From assembly GCA_965644315.1 (NCBI GenBank), contig CBFFRQ010000066.1, forward strand, positions 496,001 to 560,000: a stretch of DNA of 64,000 nt. The letters are read 5' to 3'. Below, one piece after another: positions 46,901 through 54,763 of the stretch. The number at the start of each line of letters is the position of its first letter. Position 1 is the first letter of the stretch. The DNA is from Caecitellus pseudoparvulus (Eukaryota > Protista > Bigyra: Bicosoecida). The notes beneath the pieces were generated by a model. It was not told where the DNA came from, made no database searches, and saw only the letters and a list, made by a program, of their open reading frames with translations. Position numbers and translations under genes: made by a program.

Positions 46901-49900
46901 AGGGCTCACGAGACCCCAAGGAGACTGCCACGCTGGGTTCTATTGTTTGGAGCGGTCACCAACGCCGCAGCCGTCTGCCAGCTCTGACGTCGGCTACTCT
47001 TGCTCTCTGTCAGTGACTCTTCACCAGAGCGACAACGGCACGTCGCCCTGCCCCGAGGTGTCGTTGCTTGACTCTCTTCGTTGGGGTTCCACTGATCCTT
47101 TCCTACTTCGGGACGCCGAGCCACCAGAGTTTGGGGGTGTCTGCCCTCCTGGACATTATTGCCCAGGAGGCAGCTCCTCTCCAAAACCGTGTCCTGCAGG
47201 CACTCTTTCAGCCTCGTTTGGGGCGACGAACCAAAGCGCTTGCACCCCATGCATCGCTGGATGGCAATGCCCTCAACAGGCAATGCCAGTATCCAACGTT
47301 CCATGCCCACCAGGGTACTGGTGTCCTGCTGGCACGGTTCGTGCAGAGCTGCTATGTCCAGTAGGTTTCACATGCAGCGAGGCAACACGCGTCCCAAAGC
47401 CATGCCCCCCCGGGAGGCACAGCGCCACAGCTGGCCTCACTGACACCTGCCCATTGTGCCCTGCTGGCTTCACGTGCCAGGGCACTGATGCACCCCCTGT
47501 TCCTTGCCCAGAAGGAAGTTTCTGCCCTGCAAACAGCACACTGTCTTCCGCCATGCCATGTCCTGTGGGGACCTTCCTGAACAGAACGGGAGCCAGGTAT
47601 GAGGGTGACTGCCATCCTTGCAGCGCAGGTACAGCTTGCACTTTCCCCGGCCTCACTTCCCCTAACTCCGCTGTTGCGGGGGGGTACTTCTCACAGGGTG
47701 GAGCAGCGTCGTCCACTCCAGCTTTCGCTTCATCCGTTCGGGGCCCGTGCCCGATAGGGCACTTTTGCCCGCCTGGCTCACGATCCCCAAGCAAGTGCCC
47801 TGCAGGCACGTTCAACCCCACCACAAGGCTCACTCACGAAAGCGAATGCGCCAGCTGCCCTGCTGGAAGGGTGTGTCCAGAACCTGGTCTCAGTCACCCT
47901 GGAGCTCTTTGCCCGAGGGGTCTCTATTGTCCTGGGGCTACTGCGCGACATGAGGACGCGGAGCAGTGCCCACTGGGCCACGTATGTCCTGCAGGGTGCA
48001 TTGCACCCGAGCCTTGTCCACGTGGCAGCACCACCTTAGGCCGGGGGGCGACGGAGTGCGTGCCATGTCCTGCTGGGCGCGCGTGCCTGGGCGGTGGTCG
48101 AGATCTTTCCTGTGCGCCAGGGGCATACTGCCCGCCTGGGAGCTCAAGACAGAGCAGCATCTTGTGCCCAATAGGAACATTCAGTGCAGCTGTGAACGCC
48201 TCAGAGGAGGAGACTTGCTTGCCTTGCAGCCCTGGACGAGCTTGCACTCGACCAGGTTTGAGCGCTCCGAATGAGCTTTGCGCACCAGGCTTCTTTTGCT
48301 CCGGAGGGGCAATTTCACGAACCCCTGCAAATGATTCAATGGGGGGGGGGCTATGTGCTGCTGGATTCACTTGCAATGCTGGTGTTGCTGCAGCCGTTCC
48401 TTCTGCAGGGCTCGGAGCGCCGTGCCCGGCTGGGCACTTTTGCCCCCCTGGCTCAGCGATTGCTCTTGCCTGCCCAGCCGGCACATTTGCCCCAAATGAG
48501 GGAATGGCGGCCTGTCGTACTTGTCCCGAAGGAAGAATGTGCTCTGGAGCAACAGCTGTTCCAGAGCTGTGTCCAAATAGCAGCTACTGCCCAGCTGGCA
48601 GCGCAGCAGGGAAGACTTGCCCGCCAGGGACAGTTGGGGCGTTCCTGGGTCTCACAGCAGCGAGCGAATGCTCACCCTGTCCATCTGGAAGCTACTGCAC
48701 ATCAGGTCGAGTAAGTGGTGCCTGTACCGCTGGGTATGTGTGCTACTTTGGCAGCAGCACACCATCCCCTGGAGAGGGCGCACTGCCGCAAGGGTCACCG
48801 TGCCCGCCGGGGCACTTCTGCCCAAGTGGCACCCCGCTTCCGCTCCGCTGCCCAAATGGAACAGTGCGCGCTGATAAGGGAGGCGCATCTGAGAATGATT
48901 GTGGACCATGCCAACCAGGCTACGTTTGTGTAGAGGGGGACCCAAGCCCAGAATTGTGCCCGGCCGGGTCCTTCTGCCCAGGCGGCGGGCGTGCTCTCCC
49001 TTGCCAACGTGGGACGTACAATGCCTTCCAAGGTGCCACAAGCATACGAGCATGCCAGCCATGCCCTGCGGGGTATTTGTGCAACTCCACAGGCATTGCA
49101 GAGCTGGAGCTTCATGCGTGCGCACCTGGACGCTTTTGCCCGGCCAACGCCACGGAGAGCTACGCCTGCCCTGCCGGAACGTATCGAGCAGCAGGTGGAG
49201 GCTCAAGTATAGAAGCGTGCGATCCATGCCCTCCTGGAAACAGCTGTCCTCGCAATGGGACGGTTGCTCCGGAACCATGCCCAGCAGGCTACACATGCCC
49301 GGTGGGATCTGCTCGCCCTGCACTGTGCCCTGCTGGGTACGCATGCAGTGAGCAGAATGGAGTGCCTGCACTGTGTCCCGCTGGGTATGCCTGTCCTGCT
49401 GGGTCATCTCTTCCAGTGCCATGTGAAGGGGGTACGTACTGCCCTGAAGGATCGGCATTTCCGACGACATGTCCTCCTGGGACCCACGCAAACCCAGCTG
49501 CAAGCTTGGGACGTCGAGTATCTCAGCTGACCTCCTGCAAGGCATGCCCTCCGGGCACCTTCTCTTTCTCTGGTTTGGTCCAGCAGTGCACTGTATGCCC
49601 TGCCGGGTACGTGTGCTCAGGTGGAACAAGCTCTGCGGCACCCGTGAATATGTCCAGCGATGGAGGATACCCATGCCCGGCAGGGCACTATTGTGAGGCA
49701 GGGTCTGGGGTGGAGACACCTTGTCCACTTGGCACCATCAATCCGAATGTCCGAGGGGAGAGCAGAGCATCGTGTTCCAAGTGTGAGGCGGGTACCTTCG
49801 CAGCTTCAACTGGCAGCACTCAGTGCGAGTTGTGCAGTTCGTCTTCCTATTCTCTGCCTGGAGCTTCGACTTGCACCTGCATCGGATTGCACCGGGCGTT

Positions 49901-52900
49901 TCAGCTGAGCGATAGGCAGTGCATCTGCGAGCCAGGTTATGAGTTCATGGATGCCCAGTTCAACCGCATTTCAGGTCAAGATGGCTCCGCCGACTGCCAG
50001 CCTGTCGTCTTTGAACACTGTGTTGCCGGGCAAGTCAGGGAGGCAGACGGACGCTGTGCCTCTGACTGTGTTGCACAATGTGGTGAAGCAGGGGGGAAGT
50101 TGCTGGGGGCATCGGGTACTTGCGAATGCGCGGGAACGCCTCCCTTGGACGTGACATGTGGCCAGCAGTGTCGGGAAGCAGCTGACGTGACAGTGCTTGT
50201 ATCTTACTCCTTGGACGGTGAGCCGCTGACAGATCTTGTGAGCACGTCCACAAACCCTGACGATGGCAGCACTGTGGCAGTTTTGCTGAGTGTCGGAGAT
50301 GTAGGCATTTCGGGAGATGCAGTCTGCGAGAGCAGATCAAGAGTTGCTGTCGGGGCAGGTGGTCGCCTTAGAGATCCGCTGCACAGAGCCCAGGCAGCCG
50401 CAGAAGCGCTCGTGCAGGCCATGCCTGGCGCAGCAGTCTCTGGATCCTGCGTACTTGCCTCCCTTCGTCTCACTCGCGACAGCATGGAGGGTGTGTACGG
50501 GACTGTTCCGGTGGTACAGGACGCGGAGCTTCAGTTGGCTCGGAAGGTGGGAACTGTGACGTGGCAGAGTGTGGCAGCGCACGAGCCCCTCGTGGAAGTG
50601 CACTTGGGAGCTAGTACAAGGGGAAGGCAGTTGCTCCTGCAGAGGCGGCGCTTCAACCGCGCGCTCGGTAGCCAGGCTTCGGAGCCCTCGAAAAGAGTGC
50701 TGGACACCACCGACGCCGGCACAGTGGTAGGAGGGGCGAGTATTAAGAACCCTGTTGTGTGCTTGAACCTTCATGAAGGCTTGTTATTCGATCTTGGGGC
50801 AGGCTCTGGTGCGTTCCCAGAATATGACAAGGACAGCCTCTTGAACACCAACCCCAACTTTGATTTCGGGCAGTTTAGAAGGCTGCGTGAAGTGATGCAG
50901 GCCACCGGCAACGTGAGCGCCTTCACATTCACATTTGATTCCCCAGGTGTCCACGTGTTTGTGTCTTCAGGTGATCCATCCGATCGAATAATTGTCCGCG
51001 TCATGGGCGTTGGGCAGGTGTGTCCGAACCGTGGCGCGTACATCATGCCAACCACAGAAGCTTCTCTCGTCGTCGTCGGCGTGCGTGTGGACGAGACCAT
51101 ACTGGTTGCCATTGATTGGCCCAAAGTTGTGGCTGTCACAGTGGTGCTGACAGCAGCGGGTTTGGCTGTGGCCATACTTGGTTGGCATGTGGCACTCGGG
51201 GACTGGATGCACAGCTTGGGGGACAGAATGGCGTTCCGGGCTGACGCCCGCGCTGCCAATCTCCGTGCTTGGCACAGCAAGGGTGAGACTGTGACCATGT
51301 ACATCCCCCCCGGTACGATCCCTCTGGGTAGTGACGCCAGTGCTGCGGGTCCGCCCGAGAAGGAGGCAGCATCCATGACATCTTCTTCTCCCATTCCGAC
51401 GCCAGCCAGCTTGCAGTCCCCGCTGTCGATGCGCAGCGATGAGACAGGCTCTGATTCAGACACAGATAGTGTTGAATCGGAGGGTAAAGAAGCCCAGCCA
51501 GGGATTTTCGACGAGCTGCTTCGCGCTCCCCGGACTCACAAAGTTGCAGGCCGTATGGGTATTGCACGTGCGCTTGAGACGTTCCACGTGCCCCGCACCC
51601 TGGAGGTGTCCAGGCCAGGAGTAGAAGCCTGGAGCAAAGAGGACCTGCTTCTGCGCGAGTTCGCGGAGCGTGCAAGGCTTCACCACGAGTGGCTGCAGGG
51701 CGGACTGCAGGCGGTCGCCAGCCAGACTCAAGCACTGGTGTACGTGGCGGACTCCCAGTTTGCCTCTTTACGCAGAGCAGTGGGGCACATGCAGGAAGCA
51801 AACTTTGCCACCGCTGTTCTCTCTTCAGCTGGGAGCTCGGCTCCATTCCGTCTTGCGCTTTTGAGGCGCTTTGAATGGCAGGTGCAGCGAAGGAGCGCGG
51901 TGGCCTCACGAGCAGCTTCTCTTCTGGAGTCCTTGTGGGACACGTGCTCCGTCATTGTGCAAGCCACGGACCCTGGTGGTGCCGCGTTCACGGACGAGCA
52001 TATTCTGGAACTGGTGTCTATTGTGCGGGAACAGGCCGAAGTGCTGGCTGCTCCTGTGCGAAAGTGGCGAGCTCAGCAAAGCGGCACCGTGAAAGAAGCA
52101 CCGGCAGGTACTGCTGCGCGGGAAAGACAGCAGCACCGTCGTCTATCTCAACGATTCTCCACGATTAAGGAAGCCTGGGCTTCGCGGAGGCAGCTGTCCA
52201 GTGTGGACAGCATGCGGGGCCTGCTCCAGGGAGGTGCCGGTGCACTGCCCGAGCCTGAGCCGGCGGCACGGGAGGTGCACGTGCAAGGCGCTGAGCGCAC
52301 AGACTTGGCAAGTTCTTCAACTGCGGATGATGCGCAAGGTTGGGTGGTCGATGAGGCTTCGGGTGAAGCCCCTGAAGTCAAAGCTGAGCTGTCCATTCGC
52401 AGTGTTCTGCATGAGGAGACAACCTTTCCTCAGCTGGTTCAACTCGTGGAGGAGTGCCAACAAACTGGTGCTGCCCTGCTGGACCTATTGGAAGTGCAGG
52501 GTATCGGCGATCCTGATGGAGCCTTTGGAGCTTGGGATGAACCTGCGTTCTTGGCTGGCCTGCAGGAAGTGACCATGCAAGGTGGAGGCGACAGAGCCTC
52601 CGCTCTCATTTCCGACCTCGCGCACATTGTGAGCGAAGCGAACGGGGTGAAGGAGTCGATATCGCAGTTGCTTGAAGACTTCATGGACGTGGATGTGCTG
52701 CTCCGCAAGTCCCAGCAGGGCGTTGTCGGGCCGCTTGTCGCAGCTTCCAAAGTTGAGGCTTCAAAGGGAGCAAATGCTGCTATGCTGTGTCAAGTCGAGG
52801 ACGTCCCTGCGAAGGCCCGCGGGAGTCTGGTGTCAGCGGTGGAAAGCGTAAGGAATGCTTGTGTCCGTCTCATGAGGAACTCAGCAGACCTGAAGGCACA

Positions 52901-54242
52901 CGTTGCGTCGCGTGCGGCGGCGGCGGCCCAGGGGACGCCTGGGGTGCTAGCCTCCATCGCGGCGACAGCCAAGAACCTCGAAGTTGATGGTCGCGGCATC
53001 GGCAGGTCTTACCAGGACTTTAACGCGCAGCTGAACCAAGCCAAGCGCCTCATTGGGTCGATTCAAGACGCCTGGGGTGCGGACTTGGGATGGAGCGGGG
53101 CGGAGCACGATCATGATAGCTCACAGCACGAAGAAGGCGAGTACGGTGTTCACGATACTGAGTACATTGAAGAGGGATGGGATGAGTGGGAACAAGAGAT
53201 CCCTGAGAGCCACTTCCAAGTGGAAGCTGATGTGACCGCCAATGCCGAGGAAGCGGAGGCGGAGGCCAAGCAGGCAGCGGATGCGCTGCGCAGCGACGAG
53301 CAGGCTGCCCTTGACTGCGACCAAGAAATCAGCGCCCAGGCAAAGCTGGAGCTGATCCGCTCTGTGCAAGCCGATGCTGATGCCCTAAATGAGATTCTCG
53401 CTGAGGAGCGGGGGCAGCAGCTGCAGCAGCTCACAAGTGTTGTCGAGGGCCACCGCGCTGCAGCAGCCGCGGCGGATCGAGCGATGCTTGGCACAATAGC
53501 AGACGATGCGGTCGAGCGGGACATGGAAGCAAAGATTGCGGCCTCAGACGAAGTCGCCGAACAAGAGCTCTTAGCCGCGCTTGTATCCATTGATGCGGAG
53601 GGGGACGACTTCAGACAGGAGCTGTTTACAACCGCTGCCTTTGATGGGAAAGGTGACGACCTCTCACCCGTCCTGCTGGAGCACTCGTCTGATTTAAGCA
53701 CGAATGTTATCAACAGTGCAGAGGTGCAACTTGAGCGGCTTCATGCCGAGCACACAGAAAATATGCTCAGGGTGCAGGAGCGCCATGAAGCTGTCCGGCA
53801 GCGACAGCGGGAAGACCTGCACCGAAAGCTTGCAGCTCGCAAGAAACGGCGCGAGGAGGCTCTGGAGGTGAAGCTCAAACAAGATGCTGAGGAAGCCTAC
53901 TCCTTGGATGACGCCGAGTACTACGCGAATGAGGAGCGGGTGGCGCTGCAGCGGAGCCTTGCAAACGAGGAACGGCTGGCTGCGGCAGAGCTGCACGCCT
54001 CACAAGAGGAGGAGGCCCTCTCCCACCTTCAGCAGCTTCAAGAAAGCCACCAGCGCATGGAAAACGTCTTCAACAAACTGGCGTCTGACACAGAGACTGA
54101 TGTTCGGGCCGCGAAGGGGGAAGCTGAGGAGTTGATCCGAGCAAGGAGTGCTGCGGCGAAGCAGCACTTGCAAAAAAAAGGGAAGGAAGAAGGTCGCATT
54201 CGCTTTTTTCTTTCCTTCCTTAATTCATCAAATGAGATTTAA
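37992..54242 (+). CDS. Giant type-I membrane protein: Calx-beta/Ig-like repeats, GCC2/GCC3 (ephrin-receptor-like) Cys-rich repeats, TM helix and coiled coil; truncated by the insertion
   Basis: Signal peptide; repeats of the type YxxxLxSxP...FxxxNWxxPQTV; dozens of CPAGxYCP repeats; FPEYDKDSLLNTNPNFDFGQF; TM at ~51127-51186; acidic coiled coil. The last ~23 codons lie in AT-rich foreign DNA. Confidence 0.9.
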   Translation: MRRELSFARIPALLISCSLVIEASSAAATVSVGLPEHLILSEARGSYSYEVQLLREPASNVSVRLHWQTSPAGMNVTFQPSELTFRRLSWQEPQSVSLFVGNDNAASHAGQWTATLTHLVDSNDTQFQDANVEPGQPTLISVQDDDLPSILVDPPPPFLLEGSSTSYSLALAAAPATGNVLVTAAVASNVSVSLTPSWLSFGPGNWSVPQAVSVSSSVDFVARGKLRASIHHTLSASELSGYDGAPFLPSGDFILDVLDVDRAGVSLSASFVSVVEEQFNATYTVSLTSKPLHPVVIDLAAVGSTSNGTVVDGSLQAPGSSALIITPPSIIVHPDSWETARIVTVAMPPSAGADGTMAFHILHTAQSLDLAYGGGQHVFLPSPAVHVSAFDAHSRAIVVNCSLLVLEEGSPGVASVRLASLPVHSVHVNMSLSSLVPVTLSPNWLVFTRENWSAPQTVTVKVSAGAVGSNEESADVMFHVTSEDPGYASAAILPADRVRLQLARRQQAALLLPTPDMYVEEGSETAYALQLTSQPAEIFHVAVQVQDQLGLVRVTPESVAVSPHLWQQPLHFVLHADVDGVQTVPPLRLVNVSHVVVPANASHLAPVARPNGGRLRLWVFDADTACTRPCPAGQYTVSENGLPLCRQCPPGHGCPGACQLPQACSPGTAAQASANGSASSCTPCEAGSFTITSGSDMCSPCPAGHSCANASSVPLPCPVGSFASEGNGTCLPCPPGHSCLAATSSPQLCPTGTYSLNGTGFCLPCPLGMACPLPFALPSLCPKGSASPAGSSVCTACEPGTYAAVEGASACTLCPAGHACSNATRPPTACEPGSFAGAGQLACQVCAAGSYANTSGQATCSQCPPGYMCSGAQISPRLCPRGRWSSGSMLTCSFCDAGMFPDPAQTSCLVCPSGHMCPVGVSEPEACPPGTHSNGSAPGQTCEACLPGHFCPGVAAPQQGCPGNSFSSEAGAAACTACPLGAECLDVAQDPVPCTQGSHRSADFMLNCQECPAGYACGDPSQTPLPCQQGTYAAGNSTACLACPPGFSCSAEAVLGACAPGTAWDGMVTCRTCQAGQACAGGASLPISCPPGTHAALPGSTECSSCPAGSSCPVPTLAPTSCMPGTYSTGGSTACTVCPAGHFCSDPTAAIVTPCPSGSYAIPGQAACTSCPPGHACPYTTVALEIACAPGTYASGGSSVCSQCPAGFACLDTVGAAIIRCPAGYFSSPGSTSCTVCPSGFVCNGTASGGAFGYSCPAGTLARNGTSCQQCPPGWACPLPDGTGMQPCPAGKYSLGGASSCTTCPAGFACPSTVEAVTMPCPPGSFSTGGASVCTACPAGFACPTNTSSPVPCSAGTYSLGASRSCTICPEGHVCPAASVGVSPVPCPAGTWAGNGSSVCHTASPGHVPQSGASAPNSSNSQVGVGFYTARNPTVSEWFALEARPCAAGRYGTRAGAGSEEVGCTLTCEAGNFCPPGTASGDQVDCPAGFFCPPGSGSPTACPAGRFSSLLRATALANCTLCTAGSFCSGPGSTSTEPCPAGYVCPPGSADATRMACPAGTYLPTQSSSALSECLACPAGSFCPVASASPLPCVVGTYSAKEGLSMSQQCTPCLPGQVCSARGLLEPDGACAPGHYCPQGSGAAFDYACPAGTFSNAANLSSAEQCDICPAGFACRAGTGGGAPPRRCSPGHFCPAGSIGVTQERCPPGTYSPDQGLFASSQCAVCPAGQFCRGGGASPDGVCPQGHFCPERTFEPRRHPCPGGTFNDRFGMTSMANCTACPAGHFCSVGSVGPAPCPPGSYGNQTGLLTGSWWSGSDAACKRCPAGYFCASASVEPQICMAGTYSPQNSSECLPCLAGHACYAQGISEETMLVDLRCPAGLFCRAGADMQPTAENFNCTAGHFCPEATHREIPCPPGTFAQQPGSLACDPCPPGGFCLEGADAVSGPCAPGYYCPQGSTSADAEWCPAGTYMPWSGSSDVEECLLCPAGFFCRSGTVDPGTCPQGAFCPEASTEPSLCPLGTFGNASGLTAESQCHLCLPGMFCDTPGLTSPAGLCDPGHFCTSGSMTPAPSSPGPPWLSAQASFGGICPRGGFCPAGSWEPQPCPMGTFSNVSGAANNEDCQRCLPGYFCASTAIPEPTGPCEPGYYCDIGANSSKQHIAPAGTFTGIAAAAPVPCPPGSFSSSTGRRECELCPAGMHCPVPGMSAPFACPAGTYCQEGAEAPVLCPAGTYGANKVAKNISMCEACPPGRYCPTSGLTAPGPPCSAGYVCTLGASVADPDDLASGRLCPMGHYCPTGSWRPLPCTAGFFNPQEGSTSSVACVPCPPGQHCNRSGLAEPTGLCAAGFFCGAAAPSAAPLPSNSTSDNYGGCPVGHFCPVGTEAPRPCPAGSFSNESFREVCRHCPAGYFCDGMSPSEPEECEQGYACPSGSTSGRQLPCLPGTYGASGKLHSLDECTVCPAGRFCAAYGQVQPGPLCLAGFLCHAGSISQYGENRSHAAPSHCPPGHYCPTGAIAATPCPPGTFSPTQGNDHSGQCRWCPPGHFCPSSGASSPAGRCAAGWFCTLGASSPTPTGLIRNMTTFRSTLPPFNSSGAALALVDVGGNLCPVGHYCLEGSAQPEECPAGTFASETGRGEECSACGAGFFCPRGSARGDLHECPAGHVCPQGTAFGTQFPCPPGTYNNRTAQGNFSVGCAKCPGGRYCEASGLVSPTGLCDEGFFCLEGSRSRSPAPGETYGPCTAGDACPAGTASPIPCVGGSFCVGGDAIPAGPCAAGYFCIQGASTPTPVGSYNAFGLIGDVCPPGAFCPEGSISPRLCAPGTANPSPAATAASACRACPAGFACSDAGLASNLTLCEAGRYCPKGTNASGVLCPAGHSCPTGAAAPQPCQPGTFAPDRGSAVCLPCPAGRLCNLTATTIPALCPAGAVCAEGTHDASASMCPTGTFSPATGLVNTSQCLPCPGGKYCGVPGLTRPQGDCHAGFYCLERSPTPQPSASSDVGYSCSLSVTLHQSDNGTSPCPEVSLLDSLRWGSTDPFLLRDAEPPEFGGVCPPGHYCPGGSSSPKPCPAGTLSASFGATNQSACTPCIAGWQCPQQAMPVSNVPCPPGYWCPAGTVRAELLCPVGFTCSEATRVPKPCPPGRHSATAGLTDTCPLCPAGFTCQGTDAPPVPCPEGSFCPANSTLSSAMPCPVGTFLNRTGARYEGDCHPCSAGTACTFPGLTSPNSAVAGGYFSQGGAASSTPAFASSVRGPCPIGHFCPPGSRSPSKCPAGTFNPTTRLTHESECASCPAGRVCPEPGLSHPGALCPRGLYCPGATARHEDAEQCPLGHVCPAGCIAPEPCPRGSTTLGRGATECVPCPAGRACLGGGRDLSCAPGAYCPPGSSRQSSILCPIGTFSAAVNASEEETCLPCSPGRACTRPGLSAPNELCAPGFFCSGGAISRTPANDSMGGGLCAAGFTCNAGVAAAVPSAGLGAPCPAGHFCPPGSAIALACPAGTFAPNEGMAACRTCPEGRMCSGATAVPELCPNSSYCPAGSAAGKTCPPGTVGAFLGLTAASECSPCPSGSYCTSGRVSGACTAGYVCYFGSSTPSPGEGALPQGSPCPPGHFCPSGTPLPLRCPNGTVRADKGGASENDCGPCQPGYVCVEGDPSPELCPAGSFCPGGGRALPCQRGTYNAFQGATSIRACQPCPAGYLCNSTGIAELELHACAPGRFCPANATESYACPAGTYRAAGGGSSIEACDPCPPGNSCPRNGTVAPEPCPAGYTCPVGSARPALCPAGYACSEQNGVPALCPAGYACPAGSSLPVPCEGGTYCPEGSAFPTTCPPGTHANPAASLGRRVSQLTSCKACPPGTFSFSGLVQQCTVCPAGYVCSGGTSSAAPVNMSSDGGYPCPAGHYCEAGSGVETPCPLGTINPNVRGESRASCSKCEAGTFAASTGSTQCELCSSSSYSLPGASTCTCIGLHRAFQLSDRQCICEPGYEFMDAQFNRISGQDGSADCQPVVFEHCVAGQVREADGRCASDCVAQCGEAGGKLLGASGTCECAGTPPLDVTCGQQCREAADVTVLVSYSLDGEPLTDLVSTSTNPDDGSTVAVLLSVGDVGISGDAVCESRSRVAVGAGGRLRDPLHRAQAAAEALVQAMPGAAVSGSCVLASLRLTRDSMEGVYGTVPVVQDAELQLARKVGTVTWQSVAAHEPLVEVHLGASTRGRQLLLQRRRFNRALGSQASEPSKRVLDTTDAGTVVGGASIKNPVVCLNLHEGLLFDLGAGSGAFPEYDKDSLLNTNPNFDFGQFRRLREVMQATGNVSAFTFTFDSPGVHVFVSSGDPSDRIIVRVMGVGQVCPNRGAYIMPTTEASLVVVGVRVDETILVAIDWPKVVAVTVVLTAAGLAVAILGWHVALGDWMHSLGDRMAFRADARAANLRAWHSKGETVTMYIPPGTIPLGSDASAAGPPEKEAASMTSSSPIPTPASLQSPLSMRSDETGSDSDTDSVESEGKEAQPGIFDELLRAPRTHKVAGRMGIARALETFHVPRTLEVSRPGVEAWSKEDLLLREFAERARLHHEWLQGGLQAVASQTQALVYVADSQFASLRRAVGHMQEANFATAVLSSAGSSAPFRLALLRRFEWQVQRRSAVASRAASLLESLWDTCSVIVQATDPGGAAFTDEHILELVSIVREQAEVLAAPVRKWRAQQSGTVKEAPAGTAARERQQHRRLSQRFSTIKEAWASRRQLSSVDSMRGLLQGGAGALPEPEPAAREVHVQGAERTDLASSSTADDAQGWVVDEASGEAPEVKAELSIRSVLHEETTFPQLVQLVEECQQTGAALLDLLEVQGIGDPDGAFGAWDEPAFLAGLQEVTMQGGGDRASALISDLAHIVSEANGVKESISQLLEDFMDVDVLLRKSQQGVVGPLVAASKVEASKGANAAMLCQVEDVPAKARGSLVSAVESVRNACVRLMRNSADLKAHVASRAAAAAQGTPGVLASIAATAKNLEVDGRGIGRSYQDFNAQLNQAKRLIGSIQDAWGADLGWSGAEHDHDSSQHEEGEYGVHDTEYIEEGWDEWEQEIPESHFQVEADVTANAEEAEAEAKQAADALRSDEQAALDCDQEISAQAKLELIRSVQADADALNEILAEERGQQLQQLTSVVEGHRAAAAAADRAMLGTIADDAVERDMEAKIAASDEVAEQELLAALVSIDAEGDDFRQELFTTAAFDGKGDDLSPVLLEHSSDLSTNVINSAEVQLERLHAEHTENMLRVQERHEAVRQRQREDLHRKLAARKKRREEALEVKLKQDAEEAYSLDDAEYYANEERVALQRSLANEERLAAAELHASQEEEALSHLQQLQESHQRMENVFNKLASDTETDVRAAKGEAEELIRARSAAAKQHLQKKGKEEGRIRFFLSFLNSSNEI

Positions 54243-54281
54243 TGAATAGCGGAAAAAAATAAATTTTTTTCTTTTTGAGGG

Positions 54282-54600
54282 TTACCTTTCATATGAGAAA
54301 TTATTATATATTATATTTTAATAACCTAAGACAGGAGACAGGACAGACAGCAAATTTAAAAAAAAAATAGAAAAAGCTTTTTGATATTTCAATTTAATTA
54401 CCAATTTTTGCTGTATCTGTCTGTCCCAAAAATAATACCCATTTTAAAAATTTACCTTTCATATGAGAAATAAAATGAAGACCTAATATAAAATAACCTA
54501 AGACAGGAGACAGGACAGACAGCAAATTTTAAAAAAAAATAGAAAAAGGTATTTCCTAAATAAGGTTTTTTAAATAATTTTCCTGTTCCTGTCCGACCGT
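54282..54600. repeat. ~170-bp imperfect tandem duplication in the putative terminal repeat
   Basis: TTACCTTTCATATGAGAAAT at 54282 and 54452; AATAACCTAAGACAGGAGACAGGACAGACAGCAAATTT at 54320 and 54492. Confidence 0.9.
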
Positions 54601-54724
54601 AAATCCCACCCTCATAACCTTTTTTCTGGACACCAAAAAAACCTTTTAAAAGGGAATTAATAATATAATGGTTATAACCTAACGCACCTTATGATAATAC
54701 TTTATATAAAAACCTTTTTTAAAT

Positions 54725-54763
54725 CACTTAAAGATTTGTTATTTTACATATATATAATATAGT
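54725..54763 (+). promoter_or_regulatory. Element promoter motif CACTTAAAGAT..GTTA (copy 1)
   Basis: The same motif recurs at 56529 and 56996, each 32-39 nt before an ATG. Confidence 0.75.

Noticed and set aside
54282-54600. Possible CRISPR-like array
   Set aside because: Only two long units, no repeat-spacer periodicity and no cas genes.
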